Shown here: one piece after another, positions 19,583-28,182 of the stretch
How the letters are laid out: every line of letters starts with the position of its first letter
Numbering within the stretch: position 1 is the first letter of the stretch
DNA from: Promethearchaeota archaeon
GTDB lineage: Archaea > Asgardarchaeota > Lokiarchaeia > Sigyniarchaeales > SOKP01
Assembly (NCBI GenBank): GCA_011364925.1
Contig: RDOA01000003.1
Coordinates: forward strand, 80,068-144,067
DNA length: 64,000 nt
Direction of reading: 5' to 3'
Program-made: the position numbers and the translations under genes
The notes under the pieces: generated by a model
What the model was told of the DNA's origin: nothing
What the model saw: the letters and a program-made list of their open reading frames with translations, nothing else
The model's database searches: none

Positions 19583-19999
19583 ATGGGAGAAACTATTAAC
19601 TTTATAGTTAAGGACAAGTCATTCGAAAAATTCGCAATGATGATGCTCCTAGGTACCACAGCAGACGCGATGGACACTAAAACCAACTTTTTCTTTACAT
19701 TTTGGGGTTTAAAATTATTAACTAAGAAATTTAAACCGAAAGTCGCTGGTATGCCTTTTCCAATGAAGGGAATGGCTGCAGGCATGTTCAAGAAAAAGAT
19801 GGCTACATTTGGAATCGAAGATCCATGGGGTATGATTAAAGACGCTGTCGAGAATGGAAACATGAAATTATTTCCATGCCAAATGACAATGGATTTAATG
19901 GGGATTAAGAGAGAAGATCTGATTGACATTGTTGAAGAGCCTGTGGGTGCCGCAACTTTCTTAGAGATGAGTGAAGGTGGAAAAATAGTCTCACTATAA
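19583..19999 (+). CDS. DsrE2/DrsE-like sulfur carrier (soluble)
   Basis: FFTFWGL, PCQMTMDLMGI, VGAATFL. Confidence 0.88.
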   Translation: MGETINFIVKDKSFEKFAMMMLLGTTADAMDTKTNFFFTFWGLKLLTKKFKPKVAGMPFPMKGMAAGMFKKKMATFGIEDPWGMIKDAVENGNMKLFPCQMTMDLMGIKREDLIDIVEEPVGAATFLEMSEGGKIVSL

Positions 20000-20052
20000 A
20001 ATATACATTAAAATTTTTTTTTTTTTTCAAGATAATAAATTGGTGAATGTAA

Positions 20053-20613
20053 ATGTCTGATGTAGAAGAACAACAAAAAAATAGAGAATTCAAGACGGAT
20101 GATGATTTCGATACTGAATTCTTTAAGAGAATAGAAAATAGGTCAAACATTATGAAATGTATCCAATGTGGAACGTGTACCGCGAGTTGTGAAAGTGGTA
20201 GATGGACTGCATTAAAAACTCGTTCGATTGTACGAAAAGTTGTTCTCGGAGATTTATCAGTACTGGATGACCCGGATATTTGGCTCTGTACGACCTGTTA
20301 TCAGTGTTATGAGCGATGTCCACGGGATGTAAAACCAACAGATGTTATTATGGAATTGCGAAATTACGCAACCAAACGAGGAAATATCTCACCTAACCAT
20401 AGAGCTGTTGTTGGTTACTTAAAAAATTTTGGCCACGCAGTACCGATAAATGATGAAGTAAGAAAAAGACGAGTCGAATTAGGTTTAGAAGAATTACCTC
20501 CAACTGCTTTTAAATACAAGCAAGAAGGAGATGATAAAGACTTAAAAAAGATTGAAAAATATATGTTTGATTTACCTCCCGTTAAGGAGGAAAAAAAAGG
20601 AGAGGAGAAATAA
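20053..20613 (+). CDS. hdrC: Heterodisulfide reductase subunit C
   Basis: CIQCGTCTASC, IWLCTTCYQCYERCPR, GHAVPIN. Confidence 0.93.
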   Translation: MSDVEEQQKNREFKTDDDFDTEFFKRIENRSNIMKCIQCGTCTASCESGRWTALKTRSIVRKVVLGDLSVLDDPDIWLCTTCYQCYERCPRDVKPTDVIMELRNYATKRGNISPNHRAVVGYLKNFGHAVPINDEVRKRRVELGLEELPPTAFKYKQEGDDKDLKKIEKYMFDLPPVKEEKKGEEK

Positions 20614-20616
20614 ATA

Positions 20617-21531
20617 ATGGTTAAAGAACATACATTTGCTTTTTTCCTCGGATGTATCATGCCCAATAGATATCCTGCGATTGAGAAAGCAACTAAATTC
20701 GTGATGGAGAAGCTTGGATATGAAATATTGGAAATGGAGAGGGCTACTTGCTGTCCAGCTCCAGGAGTATTCCGTTCATTCAATAAATTTGATTGGATGG
20801 TTGCGGGAGCTAGAAATTTATGCATTGCTGAACAATTAGATGCTGATATTCTTACTGTTTGTAATGGATGTTTTGGTACACTCCAAGAAATTAACAAACA
20901 TCTTAAAGAAAACGAGGAACATCGAATACAAGTAAATGAGAAACTGAAACTCCTCGGAGACTACGAATTCAAGGGGATAATTGACGTTCGTCATGTTGCC
21001 GAAGTACTTGGATACGAAGTTGGACCTTGGGGGATAGAAGACCATATAGTAAGAAAGCTGAATTTGAAAGCTGCAATTCATTACGGGTGCCACTTTCTAA
21101 AACCAACCAGAATTAGAGAAATTGAGAGTTCAGAAGGACCTACAATAATCGAAGATTTCGTTGAAGCGTTAGGAATAGAGTCCGTTCGGTTCAAAGAGCA
21201 ACTTACTTGCTGTGGAGCGGGTGGTGGCGTAAAAGCTTATTCTGGCGATGCGAGCATGACCATATTCGGGGAGAAAATGAAAAATATTGATGAAGTTAAA
21301 CCTGATATTATATTAGATATCTGTCCATTCTGTCACTTACAGTTTGAGACAGGTCAAGATTATCTCAACAAAAATAAGGAATGTAATTACGATTATCCAG
21401 TGTTCCATCTTTCGCAAGTTTTAGCATATTGTATGGGAATGGATGTAGACTTTATTGGCCTTCAGTATCAAATGATGGGCAGGGACTTTATTTTTGGTGG
21501 AGAAGATGTTAAAAAAGAGGAGGCAATTTAA
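20617..21531 (+). CDS. hdrB: Heterodisulfide reductase subunit B
   Basis: FLGCIMPNRYP, CCPAPG, CNGC, HYGCHFLKP, CCGAGGG, CPFCHLQF (two CCG domains). Confidence 0.95.
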   Translation: MVKEHTFAFFLGCIMPNRYPAIEKATKFVMEKLGYEILEMERATCCPAPGVFRSFNKFDWMVAGARNLCIAEQLDADILTVCNGCFGTLQEINKHLKENEEHRIQVNEKLKLLGDYEFKGIIDVRHVAEVLGYEVGPWGIEDHIVRKLNLKAAIHYGCHFLKPTRIREIESSEGPTIIEDFVEALGIESVRFKEQLTCCGAGGGVKAYSGDASMTIFGEKMKNIDEVKPDIILDICPFCHLQFETGQDYLNKNKECNYDYPVFHLSQVLAYCMGMDVDFIGLQYQMMGRDFIFGGEDVKKEEAI

Positions 21532-23571
21532 ATGACTGTTGAAGAAAAAGTCAAAAAAACTGACGAAATTAAGGGCGGGGCAGATTCTAAAGAAGCAGAA
21601 GAAGAGCCTAGAATTGGTGTTTTTATTTGCCACTGTGGACACAATATTGCTGGTACGGTTGATGTTGCCAAAGTGGCAGAATACGCCAAAACTTTACCTA
21701 ACGTGGTTAAGGCCGAACATTATATGTTCATGTGTAGCAAACCGGGAGTTCAAATGCTTAAAGATTCGATTGAAGAACTTGGAGTTAATAGAACAGTTGT
21801 GGCTTCATGCTCAAAAAATCAACATGGGAGAACCTTTGCTAACGCGATCCAAGAAGAGGGATTAAATAAACATAGACACCAACAAGTTAACATAAGAGAA
21901 TTTAATAGTTGGGTTCATCAAAAAGAGAAAGATAAAGCCACAGAAAAAGCGAAAAAGTTAGTAGAAGCGGGCGTTAACCGAGCAAGGAAATTAGAGGATG
22001 TTGAAACTCGCAGAATTGCGACTACTAAAGCTGCTCTGGTTATTGGTGCTGGAATTGCGGGACTTCGCGCTAGTTATGATTTAGCTGAATTAGGGATACC
22101 AGTTTACTTAATAGAGAGGTTATCTACAATTGGAGGGCACATGACTCAATTAAATAAAACGTTCCCGACACTTGAATGCCCTCAGTGTTCCATAAGTCCA
22201 TTAACTAATGGAGTTGCGAACCATCCGCTAGTAGAACTTTATACAAACGCTCAGATTAAAAATGTTGGTGGCTCTATGGGGAATTTCGAAGTGGAAGTCG
22301 AGATTAAACCTCGATATGTTAAGGATAATTGTACTTCATGCGGTGAATGTTCAGCTCATTGTCCTGTTGAAGTGCCAAGCGAGTGGGATAGTGGAATGTC
22401 TATACGTAAAGCGATATATAAGGCTTATCCACAAGCGATACCTGCGACTTTTGTCAGAGATAAGAAGAACTGTATTGAATGCAACACCTGTGTTAACATA
22501 TGTCCGGTCAAAGCCGTTGATTTTTCGATGGAGACTGAGACCAAAACGTTCAAAGTCGGCTCTATTGTTGTAGCTGCGGGTTATGACGAATACGATCCTT
22601 CAGAAATCGAACCTTATCACTACGGACAAAAAGGATTCGAAGATGTCATTACACAGTTGAAATTGGAACGAATGTTAGCTCCAGGATCACTTACAAACAG
22701 TCAAGTTTTAAGACCTTCAGATGCAAAAATTCCGAAGAGTGTTGTAATGATCCAGTGTGTTGGGAGTCGAAATGACCAAGTTGGAAACGAATATTGCACA
22801 GGAGTCTGTTGTAAGTTTGCGATTAAGAACGCAAGAATTGTTAAAGAGATGTATCCTGACACTGACGTGACTATTTGTTATATTGATGTGCGAACTCCAG
22901 GGCTCAACTTTGAGGAGTTATATAAATCGGCTCAGGAAGTTGGAGTGAGATTTATCAGAGGGCGCCCATCAGAGATTGTGAGAGATCCGATATCTGGGAA
23001 TCTAAAGGTAATCGTTGAAGATACTTTAAGTATGACTCCATTACAGTTGAAAGCTGACATGGTGGTATTAAGTGCTGCGATGGTTCCACCTGAAGGAATT
23101 GGACCACTTGGGTCAAAACTTCAAGTATTAAGGTCAAAAGAAGGATTTTTGAAGGAATTTCATATCAAAATGAACCCTACATTAAGTAGCAAAGGTGGAA
23201 TTTTTATAGCTGGTGCGATTCAAGGTCCTAAGGATATTTCTGAATCGGTGGCTCAAGCAGGGAATGCCGCTGCGATCGCTGCTGCACCGTTGGTAAAAGG
23301 TTATATCGAAAAAGAAATGCTTATTCCTTCAGTTGATCTTGACCTATGCGTTAGATGTGGATTATGCAAAACTGTTTGCGCTCCAGCTGCAATACAAATT
23401 AACGACGATGGAACGCCGATGGTGAACGAAGTCGCTTGCAAGTCATGTGGTATGTGTATGCCTGCATGTCCTACAGGAGCAATACAATTATTAAACTTTA
23501 GCGATAAACAACTATTAGATGAAATTATACCAATAGCAGGCGGAGGTGCTGTATGCGAAGATGAGCTGTGA
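21532..23571 (+). CDS. hdrA: Heterodisulfide reductase subunit A (methanogen-type, Cys form)
   Basis: IGVFICHCG.NI, IGAGIAG, KTFPTLECPQC, inserted 2x[4Fe-4S], IQCVGSR, QGPKDI, C-terminal ferredoxin. Confidence 0.96.
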   Translation: MTVEEKVKKTDEIKGGADSKEAEEEPRIGVFICHCGHNIAGTVDVAKVAEYAKTLPNVVKAEHYMFMCSKPGVQMLKDSIEELGVNRTVVASCSKNQHGRTFANAIQEEGLNKHRHQQVNIREFNSWVHQKEKDKATEKAKKLVEAGVNRARKLEDVETRRIATTKAALVIGAGIAGLRASYDLAELGIPVYLIERLSTIGGHMTQLNKTFPTLECPQCSISPLTNGVANHPLVELYTNAQIKNVGGSMGNFEVEVEIKPRYVKDNCTSCGECSAHCPVEVPSEWDSGMSIRKAIYKAYPQAIPATFVRDKKNCIECNTCVNICPVKAVDFSMETETKTFKVGSIVVAAGYDEYDPSEIEPYHYGQKGFEDVITQLKLERMLAPGSLTNSQVLRPSDAKIPKSVVMIQCVGSRNDQVGNEYCTGVCCKFAIKNARIVKEMYPDTDVTICYIDVRTPGLNFEELYKSAQEVGVRFIRGRPSEIVRDPISGNLKVIVEDTLSMTPLQLKADMVVLSAAMVPPEGIGPLGSKLQVLRSKEGFLKEFHIKMNPTLSSKGGIFIAGAIQGPKDISESVAQAGNAAAIAAAPLVKGYIEKEMLIPSVDLDLCVRCGLCKTVCAPAAIQINDDGTPMVNEVACKSCGMCMPACPTGAIQLLNFSDKQLLDEIIPIAGGGAVCEDEL

Positions 23572-24010
23572 AGATATAGAGCCAGAAGTAATGGAAAAGA
23601 TCCAAGATATTGTTGTTTTTATGTGTAACGAATGTGGACAAGGATCGGCAAATACTGCTGGTGTAGCAAGAATGGCGTATAATCCCGCAATCCGAATCGT
23701 TCGAGTCCAATGCACGGGTCAAGTAGGACCTATTCAAATAATGGATGCTTTGAATAACGGTGCTGATGCGGTTGCTTGCGTTGGTTGTTGTCTTGGAGCG
23801 TGTCATTTCTTTAACGGAAATATTTTATCGATGCATAGAATCAAACTGCTGAAGAAAGTATTTAAAGAATTAGGGTATAGCGATCAGTTTGTTAATCAAT
23901 ACACATCACGAGCCGCGGAAGGAGAAACAGCTGTAGGAGATTTTGAGGATTTAGTGATACGATTGTCTAATGCAATTAGAGAGGAGGGGACAATAAAAGA
24001 TGGATGTTAG
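23561..24010 (+). CDS. mvhD: MvhD [2Fe-2S] subunit
   Basis: FMCNEC, IRIVRVQCTG, ALNNGAD, GCCLGACHF..GN; ATG 23561 preferred. Confidence 0.9.
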   Translation: MSCEDIEPEVMEKIQDIVVFMCNECGQGSANTAGVARMAYNPAIRIVRVQCTGQVGPIQIMDALNNGADAVACVGCCLGACHFFNGNILSMHRIKLLKKVFKELGYSDQFVNQYTSRAAEGETAVGDFEDLVIRLSNAIREEGTIKDGC

Positions 24011-25235
24011 AATTTTTCAATTTAATGGCTGCAATAAATGTTTCAACGAGACGATTCTCCTTAACGGTGAATCAAAATACAAGATTGAATTCATTGAAGA
24101 TCCGAAGAATTGGAAAGAGATGAAAACTGATGTTTCTGTTATAACAGGATACCTTTTACCTGAAGATAAAGATACTTTAGAAAAAATTAAATCAAATTCG
24201 AAACGAGTCGTTGGTTACGGAAATTGTACTACGATGGGAGGAATATTTGCTTTAGCTAATCAAAGAGGCTATGAAGTATCCCCATTGAGTAGTTTCATCG
24301 AAGAAACAGAGAAAGTAAATGGTTGTCTGGGAGAAATTGAAGAATTGAGTGTAGCGATTAACAGTGAGGCGGCTCCTAAATTACAGAATTTATGTGCGGT
24401 TTGCGCAAGAGAAACGACTTGCGATTACTTAGAAAGTGTTCATCGTCAAATAGAATTAGAAGACGAGACAACATGTTTTAACGATCTCGGATATCTTTGT
24501 AATGGTTTTGTTGCTAAAGAATGTAAAGAGCGATGTATCGATTATAACGCACCTTGTAGAGGATGTAAACCAATTATAGATCGTTCAGGGATTAGAATGT
24601 TAGGAATGTTCGGTACTCTAATGGGCAACATTGAGGTTGCGACAGAGCATTCGGAATTAGGCGCTACTGATAAGCTTGCAGATCGAGACGATGATATTAC
24701 AGATAGTTTACCTGATGTTTTAGGCAATTTCTTTAGATTTACTCTATCGACTTCAGGACTTCCCAGAGGTAGAATTCCTTCGTCAGGAAATATACTTAAC
24801 GATGTCTTTACTGGAAGATTAATAGAAGAGTTACCTCTGATTTCTGGGTTATTAGGTGGGAATCGTTCAATTTCCCTAACGCTAAAAATTATAGAAACAT
24901 ACGAGACCGCGAATAGCATTGAAGTAAGTGAACAAACAAAAAAATATCGTAAAGAATTGTTAGATTTGGAAAGCCAGTTGCAGGAAGCTATTAAAAGCAA
25001 AGATCCTAAGCAGTATAAAAAGATTACAGACGAAATCAGAAAAATAGGCGGAAATATGAATTTATCAAACGTATATTTCGGAGGATTCAAAGCTCAGATC
25101 GACGATAAAGACAATTTTGAAGATTATAAAGCCCACGTTTTTGATGTGGTTGAAGGAACCTATAAGAATGGTTCAGTAGAATTTACGATTGATCCAATCG
25201 GTATTGTAAAAGAAATAAAAATTAAAGAGGGATAA
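24000..25235 (+). CDS. MvhG/FrhG-like Fe-S small subunit with ~170-aa C-terminal extension
   Basis: GCNKC, YGNCTTMGGIFALAN, NGC, LCAVCAR, CFNDLGYLCNG...C...C...PCRGC. Confidence 0.8.
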   Translation: MDVRIFQFNGCNKCFNETILLNGESKYKIEFIEDPKNWKEMKTDVSVITGYLLPEDKDTLEKIKSNSKRVVGYGNCTTMGGIFALANQRGYEVSPLSSFIEETEKVNGCLGEIEELSVAINSEAAPKLQNLCAVCARETTCDYLESVHRQIELEDETTCFNDLGYLCNGFVAKECKERCIDYNAPCRGCKPIIDRSGIRMLGMFGTLMGNIEVATEHSELGATDKLADRDDDITDSLPDVLGNFFRFTLSTSGLPRGRIPSSGNILNDVFTGRLIEELPLISGLLGGNRSISLTLKIIETYETANSIEVSEQTKKYRKELLDLESQLQEAIKSKDPKQYKKITDEIRKIGGNMNLSNVYFGGFKAQIDDKDNFEDYKAHVFDVVEGTYKNGSVEFTIDPIGIVKEIKIKEG

Positions 25236-25237
25236 AC

Positions 25238-27700
25238 ATGAGTTTCGAATTATTAAGGAGCGAAATTATTGACGCAGGTTTATGTCAAGGTTGCGGTTTA
25301 TGTGCTGGTTCGTGCAAACACATTAATATGGAAATTGCCAGGCCGGTATTAAAAGACTATTGCATCCTTGAAAGAGATGGTGAAGATTGTGGAAAATGTT
25401 ACCAATCTTGTCCACAAGTGATCCAGAAAAAGTTTAAGGAAAAACAACCATTAGCCATATATTCGTTAAGAACAAAAAATCCTGAAATTTTAGCTAAAGC
25501 TTCTAATGGAGGATTTGTCACAACTATCGCTAAAGAACTGTTAGAAAGTGAATCTCTGAAAGAGATTGTGATGGTTCAAGAAGATGACGAAAAACCAAAA
25601 GCAGAGATAGTAACGAATCCCGATGAAGTTATTAAAAAAGCAGGAGTCGTCTATGGTCGTTCTGGGGTACTTGAGCGTTTAATAGATGTTACTGGAGAAA
25701 CCTTTGACCCTATTGGAATAGTGGGAGTACCCTGTGAAATGAGAGGAGCTGCGGAGATCGAAGAAGAAATGAATAGAGAAATCTTGAAGATCGGGCTTTT
25801 CTGTAGTTCCCAAATGCGAACAGCTGAGACTGATAAAGGTTTAGTCTGTTCTCCATGCTGTAACGGTTGCCCCTCAGGTGTTAATGCTCAAGGGTACGTG
25901 TCATTAATTCGTCAGGGAAAATACCAAGAAGCCGTGGATTTAATACGAGAAAATAATCCCTTACCGTCCATCTGTGGAAGAATTTGTACAAACGAATGTG
26001 AATACGGATGCACATTAATTGGAGACGATCATCCTGTTGCAATCAGAGAACTAAAAAAATTCGTAACAGAATGGGAAATGGAACATGGGAAGAAGAAGAA
26101 GAAAAAGGTTGCTAAAAAGAATGGTAAAAAAGTGGCTATAATTGGAGCGGGACCAGCGGGATTAACCGCTGCGCATTACTTAGCAAATAGAGGATATTCA
26201 CCAACTATTTTTGAAAAGACAGATCAAACAGGAGGTATGCTTCGATTTGGAGTCCCACAATTCAGATTACCTAATTATGTATTAGATTACGATGTAGAAT
26301 CAATAACAGATGCAGGTGTTGAGCTCGTTCTTAACAAACCTTTAGGACCTGATATGACGATCAATGATTTAAAAAAGGAAGGTTTTGAAGCAATTTTTAT
26401 TGCAACTGGTCAGTATAAACCAAGAACTTTGCACTTAGAAGGAGAAGACTTACCTAATGTTTACGTAGCTATTAACTTCCTTATGGACAGGAAGTATAGA
26501 TATTGGGAAAATAAAGAAGAATTTAATGGTAAAACAATTGGCATCATTGGGGGAGGTCCGGTTGCTGTAGATGTTGCTCAAACTGCGCTGAGACTTGGAG
26601 CGGAAAAAGTTCACCTCGTTGACATCATGAACGAAAAAGAACTCGAATTAGTCCTAAAAGATATCCCTGAAAATGAATACGAATATATGAAGTATCATTT
26701 TGCCACATCCACTTCTAAAATAACGCAAAACAAAGACGGAAAGTTAGTTTTGAACTGCTACAATATCGAATGGGGTGCTCCTGACAAGACGGGTAGACGA
26801 CCTCTAAATAAAGTTGAGGGTTCTGATTACGAGATACCCATTGATGTTATTATAATGGCAGTAGGACAAGCTGTTGACTTTGATTTAATCGATGTAGCAA
26901 CCGAAAATAAGATTGAAAAAGAGCGAAATAGGATCAAGATAAATCCGGTAACGTTTGAAACAAGTATTCCCGGAGTGTTTGCTGGAGGTGATATCGTTTC
27001 AAACTCTAAAGCTGTCGCGATTGCTGGTATTGCTCATGGGAAAGAAGCTGCGATTTCAATAGACAGATATTTGAACGGTGAGGATTTAGAAGAAGGCAGA
27101 AATTATCGAAGTCAAATGTTTTTTACTGGTCCTCGTAAACCACCTAAAGATTACTCTTTAAAACCAGAAAATTTAGAGGATGCTACTGAAGAAATACAGT
27201 GGACATTCGATGAAATTGATGAAATGTTCAACGAAGATATGGCTTTAAGGGAGGCAAGGAGATGTTTGAGTTGTAACCACTTCTGTTCCCATTGTCAAGA
27301 TTTTCCTGCCATATATTCTGACGTTACGGCAGGTGAAGTTGGTTCAGAAAAAGGTTATACAACGGTAGTTGCTTGGACAGAAAAAGGTAAAGAACTTGTT
27401 GATAACGCGATCGCGAAGGGATTATTTGACCAAGGAAAGGTTAACGAAGGAGAGTTAAAAACGGCAATAAACCTTAAATCGAAACGAGAACTTATGAATT
27501 TCGAAAAAACTCCACGAACTCAGGTATTAGACTACGTAAAAATCCAAGGACCAAGTACTATTAGCGATATAGCTCGAAATACTGGACTTGAGCAGAAAAA
27601 GGTCAGGTATGAAGCACTTCGATTAGTTCAGTTAATGGAATTTGAAATGAAAGCAGATCCTGATATGACCGAACCGCTGTTTTCTATTGTATGTGATTAA
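25238..27700 (+). CDS. Chimeric flavoprotein: ferredoxin + FrhB split by an inserted GltD/NfnB-like FAD/NAD(P)H module + C-terminal HTH
   Basis: FrhB motifs ASNGGFVT, GIVGVPCE, KIGLFC; GltD module SPCCNGCP...ICGRIC...IGAGPAG...GGMLRFGVP...GVFAGGD...EARRCLSC; FrhB resumes CSHCQDF...DVTAGEVGS..GYTTV. Confidence 0.85.
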   Translation: MSFELLRSEIIDAGLCQGCGLCAGSCKHINMEIARPVLKDYCILERDGEDCGKCYQSCPQVIQKKFKEKQPLAIYSLRTKNPEILAKASNGGFVTTIAKELLESESLKEIVMVQEDDEKPKAEIVTNPDEVIKKAGVVYGRSGVLERLIDVTGETFDPIGIVGVPCEMRGAAEIEEEMNREILKIGLFCSSQMRTAETDKGLVCSPCCNGCPSGVNAQGYVSLIRQGKYQEAVDLIRENNPLPSICGRICTNECEYGCTLIGDDHPVAIRELKKFVTEWEMEHGKKKKKKVAKKNGKKVAIIGAGPAGLTAAHYLANRGYSPTIFEKTDQTGGMLRFGVPQFRLPNYVLDYDVESITDAGVELVLNKPLGPDMTINDLKKEGFEAIFIATGQYKPRTLHLEGEDLPNVYVAINFLMDRKYRYWENKEEFNGKTIGIIGGGPVAVDVAQTALRLGAEKVHLVDIMNEKELELVLKDIPENEYEYMKYHFATSTSKITQNKDGKLVLNCYNIEWGAPDKTGRRPLNKVEGSDYEIPIDVIIMAVGQAVDFDLIDVATENKIEKERNRIKINPVTFETSIPGVFAGGDIVSNSKAVAIAGIAHGKEAAISIDRYLNGEDLEEGRNYRSQMFFTGPRKPPKDYSLKPENLEDATEEIQWTFDEIDEMFNEDMALREARRCLSCNHFCSHCQDFPAIYSDVTAGEVGSEKGYTTVVAWTEKGKELVDNAIAKGLFDQGKVNEGELKTAINLKSKRELMNFEKTPRTQVLDYVKIQGPSTISDIARNTGLEQKKVRYEALRLVQLMEFEMKADPDMTEPLFSIVCD

Positions 27701-27735
27701 ATTTAAACCAAAATAAAATCAAGGAGAGAAAAAAT

Positions 27736-27975
27736 ATGAATTTTGACCAAGAATTAAATGTCTGCGGATTAGTCTGTCCCGTTCCAGCGCTTAAAACCAA
27801 AAAACAATTAATGAAGATGCGCCCTGGAACCGTGTTAAAGGTAATAACAGACTATAAACCTGCAAGTGAATCTGTTCCAAGAGATTTAGCTAAACAAACT
27901 AAGCACAAACACTTAGGAACAGAATTTCTCGAAGACGAAGAACAGTGGTATATGTATTTTGAAGCTGTAAAATAG
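27736..27975 (+). CDS. tusA: Second TusA/SirA sulfur carrier
   Basis: LNVCGLVCPVPALKTKK, GTVLKVITD. Confidence 0.9.
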   Translation: MNFDQELNVCGLVCPVPALKTKKQLMKMRPGTVLKVITDYKPASESVPRDLAKQTKHKHLGTEFLEDEEQWYMYFEAVK

Positions 27976-28182
27976 GTTCACAGAAAGTTAAAATTATAAT
28001 ATTTTATAATTCTTTTTTTATTAATATTGCTATAGAATTCACCATGTAATGTAGTGTATTATGAGTTTTAGATTGGAACCATATTAACGCTCTAACTTTT
28101 ATGAATTTCAATCTCAGATGTAAATATTGATATTATTAACATCGTTATATGGATTAATAGAGAATCATCAGAAACTATTAAT

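Noticed and set aside
20053-25235. Methanogenesis or a complete Mvh hydrogenase
   Set aside because: No mcr, mtr, mvhA or hyp genes in the window.
18114-27975. Selenocysteine recoding in HdrA, MvhD, DsrE or TusA (Lokiarchaeia are known to have selenoproteins)
   Set aside because: All are open frames with Cys at the relevant positions. The hdrA TGA at 23569 lies after the complete C-terminal ferredoxin, and read-through gives nothing meaningful.
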